Source: Eledone cirrhosa (lineage: Eukaryota). From it: 64,000 nucleotides of DNA. The translations under genes were made by a program, and so were the position numbers. The notes beneath the pieces were generated by a model, which saw only the letters and a program-made list of their open reading frames with translations, was not told the DNA's origin and did no database searches. The stretch is from positions 366,854,001-366,918,000 of the forward strand of contig OZ024742.1 of NCBI GenBank assembly GCA_964016885.1. The letters run 5' to 3'. Shown here piece by piece: positions 1 to 12,790 of this stretch. Position 1 is the first letter of the stretch. Each line of letters opens with the position of its first letter.

Positions 1-387
1 TGCCCTGTCGTTATTTGTATTATTTTCTGTTTGTTTGTTTTCTGTTTGCTCATTTTCCTTAACATTTGTTTTTTCATTTTGTTTGTTTGTTTCAATGTCT
101 AATTTTGTTGTAATTATTTTTTGTTCTTCAGACTTGGGGGGCGTGGCAGAGCTAATGGCAGACATGTCTGCCATCTTTTCCGCCATGCTGCCAAGAAAGA
201 AATTTTTCGGCAAAAATAGATATTTATTTTACCCCCTAAAAAGGGGGTAAATGCAAAAATGTTTCCCTAAATAACAGGGGTTAGTGTTCCAAATGTGTTG
301 CACTAAAAGATTTATCCGGTACTTACAATAGTAAGGGTAAATCCCGATGGAATAGCGGAGCCGATGCGAAGCGTGTCTTACTCTATC

Positions 388-389
<2 letters not shown>
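1..389 (-). mobile_element. Probable 5' end (5'UTR + ORF1 start) of a Tx1/L1-like LINE adjoining a (GATA)n tract; runs off the window
   Basis: Minus-strand ATG at 186 opens 62 codons to base 1 (MAEKMADMSAISSATPPKSEEQKIITTKLDIETNKQNEKTNVKENEQTENK...). This is K/N/E-rich like the ORF1 N-terminus at 25193 and is preceded by (TCTA)n in the same orientation as that element. Confidence 0.55.
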
Positions 390-422
<33 letters not shown>

Positions 423-915
423 GTAATAGAGATAAATATTGGGTAGATAGATTGATAAAAAAACATAGATAGGTAAGAAGGTAATAGATTGATAAAAACA
501 TAGATAAAAAGGTAATAGATAGGTAGATAATATAAATAGATGCCAACACCGAATTTGAGAATTCAATTGGTGAAGCATCGATCCACCGAAGACATTTCTA
601 CAAGGTGTCATTAATCAAATACACAGCTACTGAACCTACTTAGAATATCAAAGCAGGAAATAATATAAAGGTTGTGAACTGTTTTTGTTTTCGTTTTACT
701 TCATTTTGTTATTGTTTTAGTTGTGTTTGTTGTTTAGTGTTGTTTTCAAGGTGTGTTGTCTAAATAATACATTATTGATTAAGATAGCTGCCTGGACAAC
801 CCTCCTCTTCTTATACACATGTATTTACAGAATTAATAAAAAAACTTATTCCCGTTTTTTTTTTAATAATGATTTAGTTCTATACACATCAAAATACACA
901 CTTATATAGCAGTCT

Positions 916-994
<79 letters not shown>

Positions 995-1074
995 AAGGTA
1001 GAATTATACAAATAATTCTCAAACGAAAGCAGAGAATTAAAATGATAGTATGTAATATATATAAAAGTCTAAGG

Positions 1075-1336
1075 TCTGTCTTTTAAGCCAGAAGGCTCAT
1101 TTGGCCGGTGCTTATCCCGGTTTCATGGCGTGAAGCGACTGAGAGTACAAGACTCCCCCCTGGACAGGACGCCAGTCCATCGCAGGATTAAACCTCCAGA
1201 TATTGTTGGTACTCATTTTCAGCTGAGTATACTGGAGCAACGTGAAATGAAGTGTTTTGCTCAAGAACACAACACGCAACCCAGGAATCGAACCCACGAC
1301 ATTATGATCTTAAGTCCACTAGGCCACGTGCCTCCA
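1075..1336 (-). mobile_element. tRNA-derived SINE
   Basis: Minus strand has B-box GGTTCGATTCC followed by TTCTTGAGCAAAACACTTCATTTCACGTTGCTCCAGT; related copies at about 13530-13880, 19410-19640 and 50535-50655. Confidence 0.75.
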
Positions 1337-1341
1337 CACAC

Positions 1342-1391
<50 letters not shown>

Positions 1392-1799
1392 AATAGAATG
1401 AAACGAAATTTCATTTCTCACTCTTAGTACGGCACTTACTTAAATGTAAGTATGTATGTATGTATACGTACATACATATATGTATACAGACATACAGTAG
1501 TATGTATATATATACATGCATGCACACATATATATATGTACGTATCGGTTTACCGAACATTTATTATAATGCTCGGTTTGTTTGTTTGTAAACAAACAAA
1601 CAGCCTGAATTACGCCGTACAGTGTTTAGGCAACCACATCACCTTTTTGTTCAACACTGACACAGGAACGATGTATTAGTTTCAAGCTTATTAGCTATGT
1701 GTGCATGTAAGTATATATATACATACTACTGTACGTATGTATACATATATGTGTGTACGTATAAATACATACATACTTACATTTATATATATAAATGAA

Positions 1800-2094
1800 G
1801 TAATTCCGTCGGAAATGTCCAGGAAAAAAGAGTGCTCTATGTAGGTAACAGAGCTTAACAGTTATGTAATAAACAACACAAGGCAATTATTCCATTTACC
1901 AGTGGTTTCTTAAAAGCAAAAAATTTTGCTTTCAATCCTGAGAATGAAAAAATCCTGGTCTGTTTATTGAATTTGGATTTTTCCAAATTCAATAAACAGA
2001 CCAGGATTTTTTCATTCTCAGGATTGAAAGCAAAATTTTTTGCTTTTAAGAAACCACTGGTAAATGGAATAATTGCCTTGTGTTGTTTATTACA

Positions 2095-2099
<5 letters not shown>
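1800..2099 (-). mobile_element. Penelope-derived fold-back mini-element, family A
   Basis: 118-bp inverted arms 1860-1977/1982-2099 with a 4-nt loop, one-sided tail 1800-1859, (TA)n flank and a hammerhead-like motif at 2012-2067. Confidence 0.75.
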
Positions 2100-2150
<51 letters not shown>

Positions 2151-2156
<6 letters not shown>

Positions 2157-2583
2157 ATATTAACAAATGGAAACTATATTTATAAAATTATATTTATTTC
2201 ATTATACATATTTCAAGGATACCAAAGCAAATTATGGTGCGCTTTCATGAGATAAAATATAATATAGATCACTTTTATAAGCAAATATTGACATACCCTG
2301 AAAGAATGCGACCATGTCGGTTGGAGGCTCCCGGGAGCATTCTTTCAGGGTATGTCAATATCTGTTTATAAAACTGATCTATATTATATTTTATCTCATG
2401 AAAGCGCACCATAATTTGCTTTGGTATCCTTGAAATATGTATAATGAAATAAATATAATTTTATAAATATAGTTCCCATTTGTTAATATATTGTATATTT
2501 ACTCCAATAATTTGTTGAGTGCTTTATATCAGTTATAAAAATATTTGCTTGTTGTATCCCAACAAATTAAATATAACTTCTAC
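2151..2583 (+). mobile_element. Penelope-derived fold-back mini-element, family B
   Basis: About 159-bp inverted arms 2151-2309/2337-2495, tail 2496-2583, (TA)n on both sides, hammerhead-like motif 2388-2450; homologue at 49583. Confidence 0.75.
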
Positions 2584-2600
2584 ATATATATATATATATA

Positions 2601-2763
2601 TAACAAAGGAAATGTGGTAAGGAACCAAATGGACCATAACCCACCAGAGTACTCAATACTTAGTGTAGTAGAGTGGGAAATAAGAAAAAGTATGACTCCG
2701 ACGGGGTCCAGAAATAGCCATCGAAACGGCTTGAGCTCTGCCGTCGGGGTCATACTTTTTCCT
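2601..2763 (-). mobile_element. Family C mini-element with internal inversion
   Basis: Tail segment joined to an inverted arm containing GAAACGGC...GCCGTCGGGGTC; flanked by (TA)n. Confidence 0.7.
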
Positions 2764-2945
2764 ATATATATATATGCATCTTTCTGTTCTTTTTAATTTT
2801 CTATACACGCCCCGGAATATAGCTAAACTGGAATATACACCTTTCTTCTGCATTTCGTTGAGCACCACTCTGTTGTAAGCTGACATTCCACTACACGGTA
2901 CATAACATTGTGTCCTGGAAAACATTAATGCACTCGTGCATAACC

Positions 2946-2993
<48 letters not shown>

Positions 2994-3175
2994 CACAGTA
3001 TTATACTCCTCAAAATGAACATATATTGCTAGCTATATAGACACACATACATATATATATAGTCACACAGCTATATATGTATATATAAAATATTTCCGGA
3101 GAAAAGGTAAAGGAAGAGTGCTCTATGTATACTACAGAGCTATTTAATTATGTAATAAACAACACAATATAATTA

Positions 3176-3243
3176 TTCCATTACCAAAGGTTTCACGAAG
3201 ACAAGCGACCACAACAGAGGCTCCGAAGTCGTTCATCAGAATT
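3176..3243 (-). ncRNA. Hammerhead ribozyme motif in a diverged family A copy (about 3092-3250)
   Basis: Minus strand: CTGATGA-ACGA..TCGT-GAAA-CC(TTT)GG-TA; stems II and III pair, stem I is weak. Confidence 0.55.
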
Positions 3244-3346
3244 TTTCTTTCAACTTTACTTAATTATTTCAGCGTCTTTATGTTTCTATCTGCACTGTAT
3301 GTTGTCTGCAAATCGCAAACACATACATGCTTACACACAAACACAC

Positions 3347-3379
<33 letters not shown>

Positions 3380-3479
3380 TTGTAGGGTTACTACAGCCTT
3401 GAAAAGACTTGCTGAACACACAAGCTGAAACCAGTTGGCGCCGCGGTTGGGATGTTAAATATCTCTCCCCCTCTCTCTC

Positions 3480-3587
<108 letters not shown>

Positions 3588-3656
3588 AAAAGAGTGAAGA
3601 CCCCGACGGCTGAGCTCCGACTGTTTCGACAGCTAGATCCTAACTAAGCCACCAAC

Positions 3657-3900
3657 ATGTATACTTCTCTGATGATATGTTAGTAGACGAGCTGGACAGA
3701 ACAGTGACCCCCCAACCATATATACCTGGTGGTCACTCTTCTGTCCAGCTCGTCTACCAACATATCAGAGAATTATACATTTTCTATGTATTTTGTCTGA
3801 AGAGGACATGTTTTGCTTTATGTTATACATAAGACTTTACATCTTCCAAATATATATAATGAAATAAATAGAGATGGTATAAAGTATATATTTTTCATTT
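3657..3900 (+). mobile_element. Family G Penelope-derived remnant with hairpin and degenerate hammerhead
   Basis: Inverted arms about 3657-3709/3731-3780; CTGAAGA...CAAA-TATATA-TA-ATGAAATA; homologous to 36730-36885. A family C arm lies just upstream (3585-3650). Confidence 0.6.
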
Positions 3901-3924
3901 ATTACAGAGTACCAGTAATATACT

Positions 3925-4075
3925 GGTGGATTGCTGGCCTTCTACGTCCCTTTACGGTTTGAGTTCAAATCCCACCGAGGTTAACTTTGCCTTTCATCCT
4001 TACGGGGTCGATCAAATAAAGTACCAGTAATGTACTGGGTATTTGCTGGACTTGTGCCTAAAGTAGAAACAATTA
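3925..4075 (+). mobile_element. tRNA-derived SINE with Nin/Deu-like core (main SINE family), internally deleted
   Basis: GAGTTCAAATCCC B-box, GCCTTTCATCCTTACGGGGTCGAT core and GTGCCTAAAGTAGAAACAATT end; many copies in the window. Confidence 0.8.
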
Positions 4076-4100
4076 TTATTATTATATATATATATTTACA

Positions 4101-4204
4101 TACAGGGTTTCCCCAAAAATGTATGCACATTTCAAGAGCATTCTAATAATTATTACCTGTACAGGTAATCAGAATGTATATACATGTTTTGGGGATCTCG
4201 TTCA
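4101..4204. mobile_element. Degenerate Tc1/mariner-type MITE
   Basis: TA-CAGGGTTTCCCCAAAAATGTAT left end with an imperfect inverse (ATACATGTTTTGGGGA) on the right. Confidence 0.45.
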
Positions 4205-4634
4205 CAGACATACTATTACACGCATACACACTCACACACACATACTGTCACTGCCCCCCCCCCTCACACACACCACCACTCCCCCTTCACACACACCTCA
4301 CACCACCACCACTCCCCACTTCCCTCACACCCCCTCCTCAAACCATCATCACCCCTCACTCCCCCTTCACACCACCACTCACCCCCCCCTTCTATATATA
4401 TCTCCACCAGCAATATCCCAGTCTACAACTCCCTCCACTCTCCAATATTTAAACAACTCTCATTCTTTAATATCGATTACACCACTTTACACTTCTTTTA
4501 ATCATTAAATTGGCTTTCTTCGCTTTTTCTTTCTTTTCCTTCTTTCTTTCCTTCCTTTTCTTTTCTCTCTATTGTTTTCTTTTCGTTGATTTCTTCTTTT
4601 TCTTTTATTTTTATAATTTTTCCGTTTCTTTTTT

Positions 4635-5035
4635 TTCTTCTTCTTCTTCTTCTTCTTCTTCTTCTTCTTCTTCTTCTTCTTCTTCTTCTTCTTCTTCTTC
4701 TCGTCTCTTCACCTTCTCTTCTTCTTCTTCTTCTTTGTCTTCTCCACCTTCTCCACTTTCATGTTCAACCGCCGACGGCGTATTACTAATTCTATTACAT
4801 CACTGTTACCACCACCACCTGTACCAAAACCACCACCATCCACCACCATCACCACCACCACCACTACCACCGCCACCACCACCACCACCACCACCACCAC
4901 CACCACTATCACCACCCACCACACACCACCACCATCACCACCTATACCACCACCAATACAACCACCACCACCACTACCACCGCCACCACCACCACCACCA
5001 CCACCACCACCACCGCCGCCACCACCACCACCACA
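4635..5035. repeat. (TTC)n and (CCA)n trinucleotide tracts
   Basis: Directly visible; they explain the poly-S/P/H/G ORFs. Confidence 0.95.
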
Positions 5036-6310
5036 GATATATCGAAACAGTTTCAAAACTAAAATCTCCCGATGATAATTACAGAAATTTAATTTTAGTA
5101 AAACCCATAATTGAGACTGGGCACTGATGGTGTAAAGGGTGAATAACTGTAGAGATATATTGGGTGAGGTGACGTCATGACTGGGCTTCGAAGTTAGATA
5201 CGGTGGTGTATGATATAGCTCTGTTGATGGGAACCAAATCAACCTACACATCGATTATTTACTTACTTGTGGCAGTCTTCACCCGGGGTGGGTTAAGCGA
5301 CCTTTCTAATGAATTCACGGTGTAAGTTGTTCATTTCAATGGAGATTCTTCGGGCGATTGGTTTCACAAGGGTACCCAGCCGCAAGTATAAGCACTTTAG
5401 GGTAGTGCAATCCAAGCGTTACATCGGTTATAGCGCCGAGCTCTTGCTTTCACTCCTAACCAAATAGTGGAGTCAGTGCCGCGACAGGGATATATGGAGG
5501 TAGGGGTGGCCGGCAGAAGCGATAAACTACCTATCTTCAGCCATTTTGTTGACCAGCAAGAGCTCATCCCCACTGCCCAGCTCAGGTATACTGACCCTCA
5601 GTACCTACACATTAGTTAGAAATGATATCATCTGCTCTACGCCAGTAGGCTGACTTCCTCTTTTATCTCCCCATGAAGTATAACGCCCGAGATCACCGTG
5701 TGGCTATCTTGTCATAGATGCTATCAGTCACCTCTTCTCAGCTTATCTCTATTGAAATACAATTAGGGTGACAAACCCAGAATCAATAACAATATATGTC
5801 TGTGACACTTTTTTTCTGTTTACCTGATACTTCGACATCTTCTCAGGCCTCAGTTTTAAGTGTAAACAAGAGATTCTATCTGCCCTATCTCGGTCAAAGT
5901 AGTGTACACCCTGCCATACATCGACAGAGGTTCCCCTCAAAAACGGCCTTGGAAAGCATACGGGAAATGTAGACGTTTTTTAAATTTTATTCATTAATTT
6001 ATTGTTCTCGTCTCACTCTAGTGCACAACCTGCCGGACATCGACAAAAGCTCGTTTGAACAGAGTGGAAACGCCGCCTTGATTTTGTTTCTTTTCAACAA
6101 CAAATATTTTGCCATATTTCTCCAGAACCTTCCTTGGGTTATCCATTCCTATCTTCATCTTTCCTTTCAGCTGCCTCATATTAAACACATTCTCCGGACA
6201 CCAACAGTAAAATATAAAAGTTATGGTTATATTATAGTTATAGTTATAACTGTCATTGCGGTAGTGTCTACCTTAATACTGTTTTATTTTACAGTTTTTC
6301 ACTGTAATTA

Positions 6311-6490
6311 ATTGTTTCTACTTTTGGCACAAGGCCAGCAATTACCCAGTGTATTACTGGTACTTATTTTATCGACCCCGTAAAGATGAAAGGCGAAGTT
6401 AACCTCGGCGGGATTTGAACTCAGAATGGCAAGGGCCGTAACTCTATGCGTCAAAAGATGGCGTCCGACCCTCTACCGATACTGCCAATC
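6311..6490 (-). mobile_element. Main-family SINE
   Basis: Reverse complement of the 51433-51620 type. Confidence 0.85.
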
Positions 6491-6528
6491 GTAATTAATG
6501 TTTCCAGGATTATTTTCTTTTGTATTTT

Positions 6529-9500
6529 CTGTTATATAACACCAGACTCCATCAGACCTGTTATATAACACCAGACTCCATCAGACCTGTTATATAACAC
6601 CAGACTCCATCAGACCTGTTATATAACACCAGACTCCATCAGACCTGTTATATAACACCAGACTCCATCAGACCTGTTATATAACACCAGACTCCATCAG
6701 ACCTGTTACATAACACCAGACTCCATCAGACCTGTTATATAACACCAGACTCCATCAGACCTGTTATATAACACCAGACTCCATCAGACCTGTTATATAA
6801 CACCAGGTTCCATCAGACCTGTTATATAACACCAGACTCCATCAGACCTGTTATATAACACCAGACTCCATCAGACCTGTTACATAACACCAGACTCCAT
6901 CAGACCTGTTATATAACACCAGGTTCCATCAGACCTGTTATATAACATCAGGTTCCATCAGACCTGTTATATAACACCAGACTCCATCAGACCTGTTATC
7001 TAACACCAGACTCCATCAGACATGTTATATAACACCAGGTTCCATCAGACCTGTTATATAACACCAGACTCCATCAGACCTGTTATCTAACACCAGACTC
7101 CATCAGACATGTTATATAACACCAGACTCCATCAGACCTGTTATATAACACCAGGTTCCATCAGACCTGTTATATAACACCAGGTTCCATCAGACCTGTT
7201 ATATAACACCAGACTCCATCAGACCTGTTATATAACACCAGACTCCATCAGTCCTGTTATATAACACCAGACTCCATCAGACCTGTTATATAACACCAGA
7301 CTCCATCAGACCTGTTATATAACACCAGGTTCCATCAGACCTGTTATATAACACCAGACTCCATCAGTCCTGTTATATAACACCAGGTTCCATCAGACCT
7401 GTTATATAACATCAGACTCCATCAGACCTGTTATATAACACCAGACTCCATCAGACCTGTTATATAACACCAGGTTCCATCAGACCTGTTATATAACACC
7501 AGACTCCATCAGACCTGTTATATAACACCAGGTTCCATCAGACCTGTTATATAACATCAGACTCCATCAGACCTGTTATATAACACCAGACTCCATCAGA
7601 CCTGTTATATAACACCAGACTCCATCACACATGTTATATAACACCAGACTCCATCAGACCTGTTATATAACACCAGACTCCATCAGACCTGTTATATAAC
7701 ACCAGACTCCATCAGTCCTGTTATATAACACCAGGTTCCATCAGACCTGTTATATAACACCAGACTCCATCAGACCTGTTATCTAACACCAGACTCCATC
7801 AGACCTGTTATATAACACCAGACTCCATCAGACCTGTTATATAACACCAGACTCCATCAGTCCTGTTATATAACACCAGGTTCCATCAGACCTGTTATAT
7901 AACACCAGACTCCATCAGACCTGTTATATAACACCAGACTCCATCAGACCTGTTATATAACACCAGACTCCATCAGACCTGTTATATAACACCAGACTCC
8001 ATCAGACCTGTTATATAACACCAGGTTCCATCAGACCTGTTATATAACATCAGGTTCCATCAGACCTGTTATATAACACCAGACTCCATCAGACCTGTTA
8101 TATAACACCAGACTCCATCAGACATGTTATATAACACCAGGTTCCATCAGACCTGTTATATAACACCAGACTCCATCAGACCTGTTATATAACACCAGAC
8201 TCCATCAGACCTGTTATATAACGCCAGGTTCCATCAGACCTGTTATATAACACCAGACTCCATCAGACCTGTTATATAACACCAGACTCCATCAGACCTG
8301 TTATATAACACCAGACTCCATCAGACCTGTTATATAACACCAGACTCCATCACACCTGTTATATAACACCAGACTCCATCAGACCTGTTATATAACACCA
8401 GACTCCATCAGACCTGTTATATAACACCAGGTTCCATCAGACCTGTTATATAACACCAGACTCCATCAGACCTGTTATATAACACCAGACTCCACCAGAC
8501 CTGTTATATAACACCAGGTTCCATCAGACCTGTTATATAACACCAGACTCCATCAGACCTGTTATATAACACCAGACTCCATCAGACCTGTTATATAACA
8601 CCAGACTCCATCAGCCCTGTTATATAACACCAGGTTCCATCAGACCTGTTATATAACACCAGACTCCATCAGACCTGTTATATAACACCAGACTCCATCA
8701 GACCTGTTATATAACGCCAGGTTCCATCAGACCTGTTATATAACACCAGACTCCATCAGACCTGTTATATAACACCAGACTCCATCAGACCTGTTATATA
8801 ACACCAGGTTCCATCAGACCTGTTATATAACACCAGACTCCATCAGACCTGTTATATAACACCAGACTCCATCAGACCTGTTATATAACACCAGACTCCA
8901 TCAGACCTGTTATATAACACCAGACTCCATCACACCTGTTATATAACACCAGACTCCATCAGACCTGTTATATAACACCAGACTCCATCAGACCTGTTAT
9001 ATAACACCAGGTTCCATCAGACCTGTTATATAACACCAGACTCCATCAGACCTGTTATATAACACCAGACTCCATCAGACCTGTTATATAACACCAGACT
9101 CCATCAGACCTGTTATATAACACCAGACTCCATCAGACCTGTTATATAACACCAGACTCCATCAGACCTGTTATATAACACCATACTCCATCAGACCTGT
9201 TATATAACACCAAACTCCATCACACCTGTTATATAACACCAGACTCCATCAGACCTGTTATATAACACCAGACTCCATCAGACCTGTTATATAACACCAG
9301 ACTCCATCAGACCTGTTATATAACACCAGGTTCCATTAGACCTGCTATATAACACCAGGTTCCATCAGACCTGTTATATAACACCAGACTCCATCAGACC
9401 TGCTATATAACACCAGGTTCCATTAGACCTGCTATATAACACCAGGTTCCATCAGACCTGTTATATAACACCAGACTCCATCAGACCTGTTATATAACAC

Positions 9501-10443
9501 CAGGTTCCATCAGACCTGTTATATAACACCAGACTCCATCAGACCTGTTATATAACACCAGACTCCATCAGACCTGCTATATAACACCAGACTCCATCAG
9601 ACCTGTTATATAACACCAGACTCCATCAGACCTGTTATATAACACCAGACTCCATCAGACCTGTTATATAACACCAGACTCCATCAGACCTGCTATATAA
9701 CACCAGACTCCATCAGACCTGCTATATAACACCAGGTTCCATTAGACCTGCTATATAACACCAGGTTCCATCAGACCTGTTATATAACACCAGACTCCAT
9801 CAGACCTGTTATATAACACCAGGTTCCATCAGACCTGTTATATAACACCAGACTCCATCAGACCTGTTATATAACACCAGACTCCATCAGACCTGCTATA
9901 TAACACCAGACTCCATCAGACCTGTTATATAACACCAGACTCCATCAGACCTGTTATATAACACCAGACTCCATCAGACCTGTTATATAACACCAGACTC
10001 CATCAGACCTGCTATATAACACCAGACTCCATCAGACCTGCTATATAACACCAGGTTCCATTAGACCTGCTATATAACACCAGACTCCATCAGACCTGTT
10101 ATATAACACCAGACTCCATCAGACCTGTTATATAACACCAGGTTCCATCAGACCTGTTATATAACACCAGACTCCATCAGACCTGCTATATAACACCAGA
10201 CTCCATCAATCCTGTTATATAACACCAGACTCCATCAGTCCTGTTATATAACACCAGACTCCATCAGACCTGTTATATAACACCAGGTTCCATTAGACCT
10301 GTTATATAACGCCAGGTTCCATCAGTCCTGTTATATAACACCAGGTTCCATCAGTCCTGTTATATAACACCAGGTTCCATCAGACCTGTTATATAACACC
10401 AGGTTCCATCAGACCTGTTATATAACACCAGGTTCCATCAGTC
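6529..10443. repeat. 29-bp minisatellite, about 135 copies (GTTATATAACACCAGACTCCATCAGACCT)
   Basis: Period 29 read directly; variants GACT/GGTT and GTTA/GCTA; each unit contains the palindrome TGTTATATAACA. Confidence 0.97.
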
Positions 10444-10774
10444 CCATTAATTTTGACGTTGTTATTTTCGTATTTGAAAATAAAATAAAAACGTGGGTGG
10501 GTATATATTTTGCTTCATTTAATCCAATATTTCAACTCCTCACCAATATAACCAACACTTGTTCAGGATGCTCTAGAAACGGTTGTCATTCTACACAAAT
10601 TATTGACAGGAACTGTGGTAAAATATACAATGTTAAAAATTAAACATTTATCAAAAGACAAATATTTTTTCAAAAAAAATTGTGTTGGATTTTTCATTAC
10701 TGTGGAATAGTTTGTCAACCGGGAAACTAAATCCTTCTTTTTCGGTTTTTCAACAAATAATTGTGATATAAATC

Positions 10775-10889
10775 ATTCTTCTTCTTCTTCTTCTTCTTCT
10801 TCTTCTTCTTCTTCTTCTTCTTCTTCTTCTTCTTCTTCTTCTTCTTCTTCTTCTTCTTCTTCTTCTTCTTCTTCTTCTTCTTCTTCTTC
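10775..10889. repeat. (TTC)n microsatellite
   Basis: Directly visible; explains the poly-K ORF. Confidence 0.97.
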
Positions 10890-10909
10890 ACTGATGCAAT
10901 GAATACAAA

Positions 10910-11255
10910 TAATGGTTTCTGATTTAGGCAGAAGGCCAGCAATTTTGGCGGAGGGGAAGTCAATAAATTCGAACGCACTGCATTACTGGTACTATATTTC
11001 ATCGAACCCGTAAGGATGAAAGGGAAATCTAACCTCGGCGGGATTACCATAAAGGGCCGTAACTCTTTCGCAGAAAAGTATAGTGTCCGGCCCACTACCG
11101 ATACTGCCCTTCCTTGATAATGGTTCCTGATTTAGGCACAAGGCCAACACATTTGTGGGAAGGGCGAAAATAGATAACCCCTGTATTTGACATACTGGAA
11201 TCAACCCCGGCAAGATGAAAGGTAGAATTGGTCACGGCAGGATTTGAACACATAA
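10910..11255 (-). mobile_element. Two adjacent older SINE copies (main-family relatives)
   Basis: Repeated TTTAGGCA.AAGGCCA...GATGAAAGG motifs. Confidence 0.65.
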
Positions 11256-11797
11256 TACCAAGTATTATATATAATGTCCTAAAACATTTATCATTTCAAC
11301 ACCTCATATTTGAATTGATTTGCCAAATCATTCTTTTGTATTCGATTCTTCATCGATACAAATTACATACGGACACACTAATTACATGCAATTAGCATAT
11401 ATCAATTATTGACCTGCAGTTTCGGCAACACTACAAGTACATACACACACATACATATATAGACATGCATACACACAAACACACACGCGTATACACACAA
11501 ACACACACACATACACACATACACACACACAAACACACGCAAACACACACAGACGTAAGTGTAAATGACGACTTCCCTACACGATACATAGAAGTCCACA
11601 TACACAGCTTTCCATATTCACACACTCACATGACTTACTGGAACGTCTCCATTGTACATATTTTAATAGGAGAAATACAAAACATATCAACGCACACACA
11701 CACACATACACATATGTGTGTGTGTTCGCCTTCGCACGTACGCACACATAAAAAATCTCTCTGTGAAAATATATTTATACACACACACATATATATG

Positions 11798-11858
<61 letters not shown>

Positions 11859-12479
11859 AGGTATGTTTTGTATAATACACACACATACTTAAAGAATCTC
11901 TCTCTCTAAATATATGTATTTATACATATACACACATCACACGTACACACATCATATACACACAAGTTGTGAGTTCATTGTATCCTTATATGAAATACTC
12001 GCTCAGTTTTTCAGAACAAAACAGATCACGGTTCATATATCGAAGCTGGCCTCGTCTGTGTTTATGACCTACAGTTCAATATCGGCATATGTTCTGGATT
12101 ATCGGTTAAAACTGGCTGTTTTGATCCACTTCATTCTCTGAACCATTTCTATGTAAACAGCTGAAAACACACACTTATACACATGTAATCGATACATAAT
12201 TAGCAGATAGAAATATTGTGTTAAACAGTGGAAGGAAAATATATCAAAACCTAAAAAATCAAACAAAATTTCCTTGAACCACATATTTATATAATTGCAG
12301 GCGATCCCTGTGGTTCTTTGGCTTAAGCTATTGTTTCGAAACAGCGTGGACCTATGTTCAATTCCAGCAGTAACTTGGGCAAATATCTGCTGTAATAGGG
12401 CCGTATTGTTTATTTAATGTCTTATAAAGAACATTTGGAAATTTTGTAGACGTCCATTTCCCGGAGATCCGTCGTAATA

Positions 12480-12790
12480 TGGGTCCAGGCATGGTTGTGT
12501 GGTTAAGGAATTTACTTCTAAATCTTGGGGTTTCTAATTTAATACCGTTTCATGCCACCTTCGGCAAGTATCTTCTACTATAGCCCTCAGTTGACCAATG
12601 CATTGTCACTGAAGTTTGGTAGAAGTACACTGCAAGAAAATCAGTCGTATATATTATCGCTGGTATGATTCCTAAACCACGGGTTTTCGGGATTAATCCT
12701 GTTGCATGGCAACTTTGTCATATGTCCTTCAGTATAGCCATTGGACTACCAATGGATTGTGAGTGAAATTTGGTAAAGGAAATCAGCAGA
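12480..12790 (+). mobile_element. Two degenerate tRNA/CORE-like SINE copies
   Basis: GGCATGGTTGTGTGGTTAAG A-box and CACCTTCGGCAAGTATCTTCTACTATAGCC body, repeated in diverged form. Confidence 0.55.

Noticed and set aside
1860-2495. Hairpins as DNA-transposon MITEs or miRNA precursors
   Set aside because: One-sided tails, variable inner breakpoints, hammerhead motifs and the same layout in coding PLEs favour a retroelement origin; they could still yield siRNAs if transcribed.
4119-5251. Pro/His/Ser/Gly-rich proteins
   Set aside because: Trinucleotide repeats open in several frames on both strands.
6529-10443. CRISPR array (29-bp repeats with an internal palindrome)
   Set aside because: Units are head-to-tail with no unique spacers, there are no cas genes, and the context is eukaryotic; the same applies to the 36- and 38-bp arrays.
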